Origin: Zygnema circumcarinatum SAG 698-1b
Lineage: Eukaryota; Plantae; Zygnematophyceae
Length of the DNA stretch: 19,358 nt
Direction: 5' to 3'
Assembly (NCBI GenBank): GCA_037447605.1
Contig: JBBHKD010000026.1
Coordinates: forward strand, 1 to 19,358
Part shown: positions 9,471 through 18,356 of the stretch, piece after piece
How positions within the stretch are numbered: the first letter of the stretch is position 1
Layout of the letters: the number at the start of each line of letters is the position of its first letter
Program-made: the position numbers and the translations under genes
Notes under the pieces: model-generated
What the model was told of the DNA's origin: nothing
Database searches by the model: none
The model's input: the letters and a program-made list of their open reading frames with translations, nothing else

Positions 9471-10156
9471 TTTCTTCTCGGGTTGTCCCTTGGTCTGGTA
9501 GCAGTCCGTTGACAGATGTCCACGCTTGCCACACGTGTAGCATGTAGGGGGAGGACGATCTCCTCCATCTTTCTTCCCTTTGTTCTTGCCGAATTTCGCA
9601 GCCTGGATTGACAGGACACTGTCTGCAGATCCTTTCCCACCCTCTAGCAATATTTCTGCCTCTCTGATTCTCCCTTTGATTTGCACCATGGACATGGGCA
9701 GGCTAGCAAGGTGAGTTCTTAGGGACTCTACAACTCTATCAAATTTGCTTGTAAGTCCTAATAGGAAGTGATGAATCTCGCTAGGCAAGGTTATGGGCTG
9801 CTTGGCAGCTATGCATTTCTGCATCAAGCTATCAAACTTTACAAAGTACTGAGTGAGTGTGTCCCCCTTCTCCATTTTGCATGCCCCTAGTGCATACAAA
9901 TTCTGAGGTAAACCACTTTACGCTACTTCATAAAGCGTACATTTGCTCCCACATAGTTCTTTGCACATTTTATATCAAGCAGCATGGTGCCAGGACCATT
10001 GCCTACTGACATAGCAATATAGCCTGCTGTTTTCTTATTGTTCACTTGCCATAGGTCGAAGACTTTCGTTTCCGCTGCGTTGGTTGGAGGAGGTGGTTCC
10101 GGCGAACTTCCATCGACATACTTGAACAAGTTCTTCGTCTCTAGCATGTAAGTCAT
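9408..10156 (-). pseudogene. gag: Copia A gag, frameshifted in this assembly
   Basis: WRMTYMLETKNLFKYVDGS (N-terminal gag motif), YFVKFDSL..FLLGL (UBN2-type region) and the CYTCGKRGHLSTDC knuckle. Frameshifts near 9900-9960 and 9467-9470. Confidence 0.88.
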
Positions 10157-10230
10157 CCGCCACCTCGATATGCATCTTTGGGTCCTTGAGAGGTCGGGAC
10201 CTTGAACTTCGGGATTTCCTCCTAGGAGGT

Positions 10231-10243
10231 TGCTCTGATACCC
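10231..10243 (-). other. Primer-binding site of copia A (initiator tRNA-Met type)
   Basis: GGGTATCAGAGCA two bases after the LTR end CAACA, one mismatch to the canonical TGGTATCAGAGC. Confidence 0.88.
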
Positions 10244-10245
10244 TT

Positions 10246-11162
10246 TGTTGTAAATTAAGGCCGGTCAGGTCTCACTCACTTCACTCCTTTGCCATGTTTG
10301 CAATGCGGATCAAGGGAAAGCTCTCAAAGTGCACTGCTTGAAGATAAATGAAATCAAATGAGCAAAAGAACACCGTAAGGAAATGTAAGGAGAAAGCACC
10401 CCCGGCCTCAAAACTCCTTAATAAAGTAAAGGAAGTAACAAGCAAGAGTTTCATCCCGCAGGCCTCTACTCTAGCTCTGACTAACTTCCGACCCCCTCCT
10501 GCCCATACAGCCAAGAAACTACCCTTAGCAACACGAGCTAAGCTGTAACTGTATTAAGATTACAATCACCTAAGTCTAACCCTACTTAAGTACTAAGCGC
10601 TGCACTACTCCACGTTCTAATGCATGCCATGTCTCGCCACTTGCATGTGCGCCGCCACGTTCCACGCGCCTCCGTGTCGTGGCGAATCCCGTCGAGCTGC
10701 TTCTCTCTCCTCAGCGGTAATTCCTCCTTGGGTCGCCGCTGGCGAGGAGGGAGTGTCCGTGGCTCCTCCTCCGGGCTTTGCCTTCGCCCGAGAAGCTTCA
10801 CCGACCATAGCGGCAGCAGCCACTCCGGCGTTGATGCGTGCGCACCCGGACCCCAATGCGATTAGGCCAAAGAAGCGATAAGCAGAAGAGCACAGGGTAG
10901 ATGCGGCGCTGACTATGCATTTGCGCGCCACGTCAATATAACATCGCCGCGACTGCAAAAACCCTCTCCCGTGTCGTAGCGGCCTATAGCTGCTCGCCCG
11001 GCGTGACCAAAAGAGACTAGTTCTGATGTTCCCGGCTGGGGCCAAGGCCCCATCCCGGTTGGTCACGCCCGAGGCAAAGATCTCCACAGGACCTCACGAG
11101 AAGCTGGCGGCTGGGGACCGTGCGATTGTATGTATTCGGGGGCTATACCCTATTATGCAGCA
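10246..11162 (-). repeat. 5' LTR of copia A
   Basis: Homologous to 3374-4272 with the same TGTTGTAAATTAAGGCC terminus. Ends ..GGGCTATACCCTATTATGCAGCA. Confidence 0.88.
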
Positions 11163-11949
11163 TCCGATTAAAAGCAGTAAAGTGGCGTAAGGCAGTTTAG
11201 CTTGGCCTTGGCTGTGGGGAAGCGTCGTTGCTTTCTAACGCCTTAGGTGTCAACTCCCTTAGCATACGTGATTCTGGCCCAATACGCGTCGCGATCGCAT
11301 GTAAATGTCCGTGAAACACGCCCGTAGCAAAGGGGTCTCGCGTAACTGCGGAAATCGCAGTCCTTCTTTGAGTGCTTGTTGGAGGCGGTCAGATTCCCCT
11401 TGAGGGCAGCCTTCTTGATGCGACATTTGACTTCAAGGTGATCGTTCCTCTTGTTGTAAGTCGCGAGAATTCGTCAAACTTCACTTTCGTCTTTGAGGCC
11501 TCCGCTGCTGCGACGCCATCCGTCCTCAAAGCTGGTCTTCTCCGTCACTTGAATGAAGACTGTTTTGTCGATATTGATAGTGTGGTAGATCTTAACGAGC
11601 TTCTCCCACATTGCGTAGGCGGTTGTAGCACCAGTATCTTTGCGAGGGTTCCTCGGCGGCAGGGCAATGGCTGCCTCACTCAGCGTCCTTCTTAGATCCA
11701 TGGCCGATGCTTCGTCGGCGGTCATGGTGAGATCCTCGGTCGATTACGTGCTCCGTTGACATCTTGAACCAGATCTTGATTACGTAGAAGGGTCATCATG
11801 TGCCACCGCCAGCCCTTGTAGTTAGTACCTTTAAAGATGGGAATAGTATGCCGAATGTCTCCATCAGCTCTGATACCACTTGTTGGTAATTCCATGGTGG
11901 AACCACCCTCGACAGAGTCGCCTCCACTCGGCTCTTGAGTCGTAGACAT
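11163..11949 (-). pseudogene. gag: Copia C gag (starts in the LTR, frameshifted downstream, truncated at the copia A LTR)
   Basis: IPIFKGTNYKGWRWHMMTLL, AYAMWEKLVKIY and VKFDEF..ITL pieces parallel the copia A gag, with multiple indels. Confidence 0.8.
11867..11878 (-). other. Primer-binding site of copia C (initiator tRNA-Met type)
   Basis: Perfect TGGTATCAGAGC, preceded by CCAACA-AG. Confidence 0.93.
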
Positions 11950-12600
11950 CTTCGCAGCAGCTGTTCGCGAAAGGAAAGCTCAAGGCGGATGCAAGTTAAA
12001 GAGGCGATCCAAGATAGAAAGCCCGCAGGGCCATGAAACTCTCTGATTTTCCTTTTGGAGGTGAAGTACAGCAGTTAAGCAGCCCACAGCTTGCTTAATG
12101 CAACTGCACTACCCCACTTACTTTTTCCCAAGACTAGCAGCACTACTCCTCTCCTTAACTACAGGCTCGGCCTCAACTCGCTACACACCCCCATTGGCAT
12201 GTGGTATGAGGTTTTTTACTCTGAGGAATGCTACTCTCTATATACTTCCTACGACTAAGCTACGTGACAGCGTCCTGTGGACCGGCTTGTCACGCCCGCC
12301 CTGAGCGAGTGCATGCAGTCCGCAGCCAGCTGCGCGTTCAGCAGCCAGCTCGTCTGCGGACCCGGTCTCCTCCATAGTTGGCAGCGTCGAGGCCCGTGTC
12401 CGGAAGTAGTGGGTTGGCGCCCGTACGGTTTCGAACTTAGCGACTCCAGCGGCGCCCACTGGCGTTTGCGCCGCCCATAGTCAGGACTTAGCGACTTCAG
12501 CCCAGCGCCAGCAGCCGTATCCCGCGTCGATATGGGTGCGTCGCTGCGTCGCGGAAATACTCCGTTTTGATATCCGGTACCGAAACTGTCGTGAAAACCA
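11881..12600 (-). repeat. 5' LTR of copia C (right boundary approximate)
   Basis: TGTTGG terminus next to the PBS. Shares blocks with family B LTRs (AGAAAGC..GGCC..AAACTC, CTATATAC, TACGTGACA, GCGTTCAGCAGCCAG, CGGTCTCCTCC(A/G)TAGTTG). Gypsy integrase-like sequence resumes at ~12620. Confidence 0.7.
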
Positions 12601-12619
12601 TGTTAAAAGCGCTGACCAG

Positions 12620-13900
12620 CCTTAATAAACTGATGTTGTCTAGTTCATTGGCCATTTAGAGACTATCATGTGTAAGCGTTGAAATGCGGCCTCTAGGCCA
12701 CGTTACAACAAACCTAGCGGCGAGGATCCACTGGCCGGTTTGCAACCCCTCCACACCTCCTTTTTAGGAATGGGATAGTGTGGGTATGGACTACGATCCA
12801 TATCTTCTGTGACCCCTGAGAACTTCGAGCTCCATCCTGCGTCTTTGTCGTCGGCTCGGCAAGATGGTGCATTTTGCACCAACTACTACAAGGCGGCCCG
12901 AGGCGGCCCGAGATTACTGATTGTATGTTGACAAAGTGTGACATGAGATATGCTTGATGAGAAATTGTGTCGACGGCGATCACGATTCACGGCCATTTTT
13001 GGGCGGAAGTGCTCAAAATCGTTGGGACCAAGCAGGCGTTGAGTACAGCTTTCCACCCGCAAACCGATGGCCAGACGGAACGGGTGAACAGGATCCTGGA
13101 GGATTACCTCCGGCATTATGTGGGACCTACCCCGGATGGGTGGGATGAACTGCTCCCAGTGGCTGAATACGCCATCAATAATGCTTACCAGGAGTCCATT
13201 GGTACCACCCCTTTCTTCCTGAACTTTGGTCAGCATCCCCTAAATCCCCTGCAACCAAGGGATCAGCCCCCTGATCCGTGGAACATGGGTGTCCACAGAA
13301 CCCCCGACCCTTGGAAGCTGAGAGGGACTGATGGGACTCAACCTCCCGCAGTCAGATCTTTTGTCCGACTAATGTCTGAGGCGCTGCAGAGGGCACGGCA
13401 GACCCTGCTAGCGGCCCAGTCGCGACAAAAGGCCTATGCTGACCGTTACCGTACTCAACTCACCTTCAATGAGGGCGATGAGGTGTTGTTAAGTACGGCG
13501 AACTTGAGACTCAAAGCTTATGGCGGAACACGTAAGCTGTGGCCCCGCTTCATCGGACCTTTCAGGGTCGGGAAGCGAATCAATGATGTCGCTTACAGGT
13601 TGGATTTACCATCCCACATGAAGGTGCATCCGGTCTTTCATGTGGGTTTGCTAAAGGTCTACCGTAGCGATGGGAGGATCCAACCACCTCCCCCACCAGT
13701 GGAACTTGAAGGTGAACTTGAGTATGAAGTTGAAACCATTCAAGCCCACCATATTGTGAGAAAGGGTCGCTCTTCCCGTCACGAATACCTCGTGAAGTGG
13801 TTGGGCTATGGGGTTGAACATAGCACATGGGAAGCCGAGGGCAACTTAACCAATTGCCAGGAGCTCATCAACTTGTACTGGGAGGCGCAGGCCGCAGGAG
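12620..13900 (+). CDS. pol: Ty3/gypsy integrase with GPY/F motif and chromodomain; 5' part (12620-~12990) frameshifted
   Basis: Broken LQPL..WDSVGMD and KMVHFAPT, then clean FWAEV..STAFHPQTDGQTERVNRILEDYLRHYV, AQSRQKAYAD, PRFIGPF, VHPVFHV and a chromodomain. Confidence 0.93.
13720..13881 (+). other. Chromodomain of the chromovirus integrase
   Basis: EYEVETI..YLVKWLGYGVEHSTWEAEGNL..LINLYW, with the aromatic-cage Y, W and Y residues of a classical (group I) chromodomain. Confidence 0.93.
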
Positions 13901-13904
13901 AGCG

Positions 13905-13928
13905 GGCGAGGGCGGCACGGGGGGAAGC
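13905..13928 (+). other. Polypurine-rich tract preceding the gypsy 3' LTR
   Basis: GGCGAGGGCGGCACGGGGGGAAGC immediately before TGTAAA at 13929. Confidence 0.7.
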
Positions 13929-14120
13929 TGTAAATCGTATCGTACTGTATTATTTAGCATCATATCGTATCGTGACATATCGTGACGCATATACTGTCGT
14001 ACATACTGTCGTCATCGAACCATCGGGGAGTTTAGGTATGCATTATTGACCGTATGCATTATCGCGCCATTGTCGTGTCGAAGTCAAGAAGGCGGGAAAA
14101 GCTGGCGCCTCTTAAACGCT

Positions 14121-15112
14121 TGTTGAGTCGGATACTTTCATTGCTCGGCACCACCTGCGGCGTAATAAGCCCTCACATTGGAGCTGCAGTTCCACGATGA
14201 GAACATCTTCACTCTCTCTCACTCTATCTCACTTCACTCATAGCCCATAACTCACGGAATGAGCGAGAGGCGAGCCGCGGCCGGAAATCACACGAGAGAG
14301 TATAGGAGAAAGCTCACGGCTCTAAAACTCCTTTATAATAAGAATGTCACCCACATGAAGTTCTCCCCCTCTCACTAGCTACTTCTCCCCTTACTCACTA
14401 CCTTGCGACACAAGCAGGGCTGCCCAGCAACACGAGCAGGCACAGAATCAGTCACGGGACTACATTAGGCTAATGTGGGTATCCTTCATAACAAAGCTAA
14501 ACCCTATATACCGCCATGGCCGTGTTACGTGACATCTTCCTTGTTGACCAATGTCACGTCACGGCCGCCCTCATGCGTTCAGCAGCCAGGTACGCGTTCA
14601 ACATCCAGCTTTGCGGTCTTTTCGCCAAACCTCGCCCGGCCTGCCGACCCTGGTCAGTGCGTCAGAATGCAATTCCGCGCCCATGGCGAACATGCGTCCG
14701 TTGGCCTTGAGAACTTCCGCCCGCCCATCCGTCTGCGTCCGCGCCCAGCCTTGCCCATGTTCATTCAGCAGCGCACGTACTACATTCAGCGCCGTCAGCG
14801 GCGAAATCTCCGTAAATGCGCATTTTCAGCGCCGTTCACACTTGTCAGCGTGAGCTGGCGGCTTCGGTCTCCTCCGTAGTTGACCTGCGTCCGCGATCAG
14901 CGGACGCGCACTAAAGAATTACGGCAGCGGTTCACGCCCGACATCACCCACGACATCTCGCGCCGAAAAGCGTCGCAGACCCACCGACATTTGGCCGACC
15001 GTATTTCCTAGGAACACTACTAGCGGAATCTCTCATGTTTTCCCAAGCGGGGACCACAACAATGTTAGTGTGAACCCGTACAATGTCTAACTATAGCACA
15101 CTAACACTAACA
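14121..15112 (-). mobile_element. Copia family B LTR (solo-like, 992 bp)
   Basis: Collinear with 18357-19340 over its full length, with minus-strand termini TGTTAG...TCAACA. No PBS or PPT beside it, and the flanks ACGCT/GGCAC do not match. Confidence 0.88.
14305..14340 (-). promoter_or_regulatory. Putative LTR core promoter (TATAAA box plus conserved downstream motif)
   Basis: Minus strand reads TATTATAAAGGAGTTTTAGAGCCGTGAGCTTTCTCC. The motif recurs in the A, B, C and D LTRs about 100-130 bp upstream of the LTR-internal ATG. Confidence 0.6.
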
Positions 15113-15806
15113 GGCACGAGCGGGGAGATTAGGTGCGTTTTCAAGCGTGGCAGAAGTAGCGGCGAATACCGAGATAGTCTGTGGACCCGTTACCAGCGGT
15201 ACGGTGATGCGGTTAGCCCTGAGATACTTAGGTACAAAAAGTGGTTTAAACCAAATTGGGGATAGAAATATTGAGGAATATTTTGTAGCACAAGATAAGT
15301 GGGGTTAGAGAGGAGGCTGAGCTATTTCTGCGGTCTTTATGCGGCCACTCAGCAGTCCGTCTTTGAAACTAATGAAGGGTTGGGTTGGTTACACGTGAGT
15401 GCCGCTGCGTAGAGCGGGGATCCGAGGAGGGTCCGAGGAGAATGCAGCGTGGCGTAAGGGATGTCGAAGATGTTCCCCACGGCGGCTGGACCCGATCGCG
15501 CAAAGAGCCCTTCCTTGGGGGCTCTCCTCCTGTCCTCTCCTCGGCTAGTCTCTTAGCTAGGCTTCTAGTTATCGTGGTCATTGGGAGGAATGTAAAGGGG
15601 ATGATAGAGAACAAGATGGTAGCTTGGCATGGTGACTGACAAAGGGAAAGCGAGGACTCAACTTAGATAAAGGTTGTATTTTGGAAAGTCACTGACCAGC
15701 CCGGGTTTGAGCAGGATTAATGGAATTCCCAATGAGAAACCATCTTCTCCAGCGAAATCTTTGCAGGCGGGCTGAATGGGACGTCTAAATGCTATCAGCA
15801 AGAAGA

Positions 15807-15860
15807 CTCTTTCTCTCTCTCTCTCTCTCTATCTATGGCATGGAACTCTCTCTCTCTCTC
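15807..15860. repeat. (CT)n microsatellites
   Basis: (CT)9 at 15813-15830 and a second CT run at 15846-15860. Confidence 0.9.
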
Positions 15861-17359
15861 ACACTTAGCATCTGTTGCTAGAACTGAAGAGGAAGAAGAG
15901 AAGAACAAGACAACAAACCACACAGCAAATACAAATACTAAGCCCAGCACTAAAAGACAAACAAGCATCACTGACATCCCATCTACTTAACACTGACAAT
16001 AGATCTTGAGCCTTACTTGTTGACAGTCCACCCGATTGGCCAACTGCCTTGAGAGAGAACTTTGGCCCGACTCACATTTGAGGCCTTCGATAGGTCAACC
16101 TAACAATACGGCGGCCTTTTTGCGGCGCTTCCGAGTGCGCCTAGCTGGATGGTGTCTTTGTTCCATTGGGCGCCAACACATGGCGCCCGCCTTCTCGCAT
16201 TTTTCCGTCGGCAACTCTGGATTATGCACGGTCCGTGACACGAATATGAATATGTCAAGTACAACTGAGCCGGGCCTTGGATCGTCGAGCAGCTCCGTTG
16301 TCGCTGCCTCCTTAAGAATTGGTAAATACGAGACTGCTTGTACCATTTAAGGTCCTGCGTTGTTACCTACACGTGCGTGCGAGTCCCGATTGGCGTCTTC
16401 TTTGGAATCAAAGTTCCGGAATTGTATTGAGACCGGGGTGGGCCTCACCGGTCCGGAAAAAGGGCTTTTCGAGGAAAACGGAAAAGCGGCGTTCCGACTC
16501 GACGCCAAAAGTGATGCTGATGCGGTCCGGGAAGGGGATGGGCATGAGCATGGGTCGCGCGCATGGCGATGCAATCGCATGCGTATGGACAACCACACAT
16601 GGGGAACCACGAGCCGAGAAGCTCCTACGGTGGACCTAGAGACGACAAAAACGAGGCACGAGCGCAAGTTCGCTTCTGGGTGTTTGTGTAGAGTAGTTAT
16701 GAACTTGTAACACACTAAGTTATGGGTACTAAGTTCTAAGGGAGGGGTGTGCTCATAGTGTCCCTATAGCATGGAGAACCGTATAGGCGACCATACAGGC
16801 CGGGGTGTCGCGGCGTGGCGCTGCGGGAGTTCCGGGCAGGCATGGGTTGTGCGAGGGCGGCGGCGGGTATGCGACTTCAGAGCTGAGATTGAATTAAGCG
16901 GCCTTGGCGTGGAACCTGCGAGCCCTTGCTTGACACATGTTGCCGGCTTGGTCTGGTGTGTGGCCCGGGGAGAATGAGGCGGCCGGAAGCTTCAAGCGTG
17001 AAGGGACTGAGAAAAGGACCTGCCGGCGGTGAAGCAGTACGGCTGAGCTGGCGTAGGTCGGTGCCTTTGTAGGCTTACCACCTTTTGAAGTTCGTCGTTT
17101 TTGTCGGTGTATGGATCTCCGTACATCCGATATTATGGGATTTGGTCAAGATGTACGAATGTACGGTCAACTTAAATAAATAGTCTTTGTGCAACTAGGT
17201 CAACGGTCTCCATGTTTGCAGCCTAAAAGTCGCGTCGTCAAAATTACGCCCGATTTTGCGAAGCCACCTTGCAATACTTGTTAACTTTGTATTCCCAACC
17301 TTCTTATCGTCTTGTGCATTACTAGCCATTACTATTTTACGTACTGGCAGATTCTGATA

Positions 17360-17546
17360 GACCCCCCCAATATTATTTTTCGCCATGGTTTTGGTAAATA
17401 TTGGGCGAAAATATGGGTAGCGAAAATATAGGGTGCGTGTTAACAATGAGCGGGCAGTATTATATTTAAAAAGTGGTTTTGGCAAATTCAGGAGCAAAAT
17501 ATTGAGGCAGCGAAAATAAGAGGGGCAGCGAAAATATTGGGGGGTC
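17360..17546. mobile_element. MITE (187 bp), TA-flanked, Tc1/mariner-type by TSD
   Basis: TIRs GACCCCCC(C)AATATT / AATATTGGGGGGTC, with TA at 17358-17359 and 17547-17548. AT-rich, non-coding, with internal GCGAAAATA repeats. Confidence 0.8.
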
Positions 17547-18356
17547 TACTAGGGGTGTCAGGACTTAACAAAATCTTACGAAAAGCGTTACGAAAAAAGG
17601 TTACGAAAGTACTCCGCAGCGGGAGGATTGGCGATTATCTTTGGAGTACTGGATTCGGCGTCAAACTTCTGAACAGCGTCTTTACGAAATTTTTAAGTGG
17701 GGCACCCCTCTTTGTGCAGACTACATAAAACTCACCTTAGTCTTGCGGGTGCCCAAAGTGTGACATTGTTGTCCACGTGGCGGCGGTGTAAGTCGTCGAG
17801 GAAGATTTTACCAATAATTACGTTGGAATTTTCCGGACCGTGCGGCGTTCAACTCTGATAGGGGTCTCGGACTTAAACAAAACTTGATTGTCGTGCGGCT
17901 TGGTAATTGGTGTCGGGGATAGAGAATTGGTAATAATGATTACTTTTGCGGAACTTTGTGTGTGCGAGACAAATGCAAGTCAACGCTGTGGTAATCATTA
18001 CAAGTCAGAGTGGTCATAGGCGGGGACAGTGTCGTCTGACCTATCGCGAGCTTATCACCACCCAAAGCGGTGGTTTAGGTCTCTGAGGAAATGGTATTAA
18101 TGAAGCGAGGCGTCACCATGGCGTCCACACCCGGCGACACATCCCCCCCTCCACTTCCCTTGCGCCACCTACAGCCTCTCCACCTCTCCCCTGCATTGCC
18201 GCCCGCCCATGGCCGAAGCGTCCCTCTTGCTCCCGCGTGCCAGCCGCTAGCGCTCCTCCAAAACCGACCGGCGCGGTATCCCACCTCTCTCCCGCTTTCC
18301 CTCTCTTTCCCAACCCTCCCATTTTTTCGTAGTTTTGTTCTTCCCATCCTTACCTT

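Larger units (their letters stand above)
3374..11162 (-). mobile_element. Ty1/copia LTR retrotransposon, family A (LTR-PBS-gag-PR-INT-RT-RH-PPT-LTR), carrying a nested insertion
   Basis: Two homologous ~0.9 kb LTRs, a Met-type PBS, a PPT and copia domain order with integrase before RT. No matching TSD (GTCAC vs TCCGA). Confidence 0.9.
13929..15393 (+). repeat. Gypsy 3' LTR, split by a family B LTR (13929-14120 plus probably 15113-15393)
   Basis: Starts TGTAA after the PPT, and a complementary TTACA terminus lies at 15389-15393. No second LTR in the window to confirm the right half. Confidence 0.55.

Noticed and set aside
7037-9543. + strand ORFs over copia A pol as antisense genes
   Set aside because: They are shadow frames of a long coding sequence with no independent motif.
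11163-11185. Copia A splitting a zinc knuckle of copia C (CF*S at 11163-11180, RECWEH at ~3340-3357)
   Set aside because: Suggestive, and it would prove A is nested in C, but it needs several assumed indels, the TSDs do not match and the right half belongs to a tandem repeat unit.
15795-15977. Small hydrophobic membrane protein
   Set aside because: The hydrophobicity comes from low-complexity T/G-rich sequence and the tail from a GA microsatellite.
16168-16188. GGGCGCCA-N5-TGGCGCCC hairpin or tRNA-Lys-type PBS (TGGCGCCCAA)
   Set aside because: There is no LTR end (CA) at the proper distance and no gag follows. An 8-bp stem is expected by chance in 19 kb of GC-rich DNA.
17400-17700. CRISPR-like or iteron array
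   Set aside because: The repeats are only 8-9 bp with irregular spacing, there are no cas or rep genes, and the context is eukaryotic.
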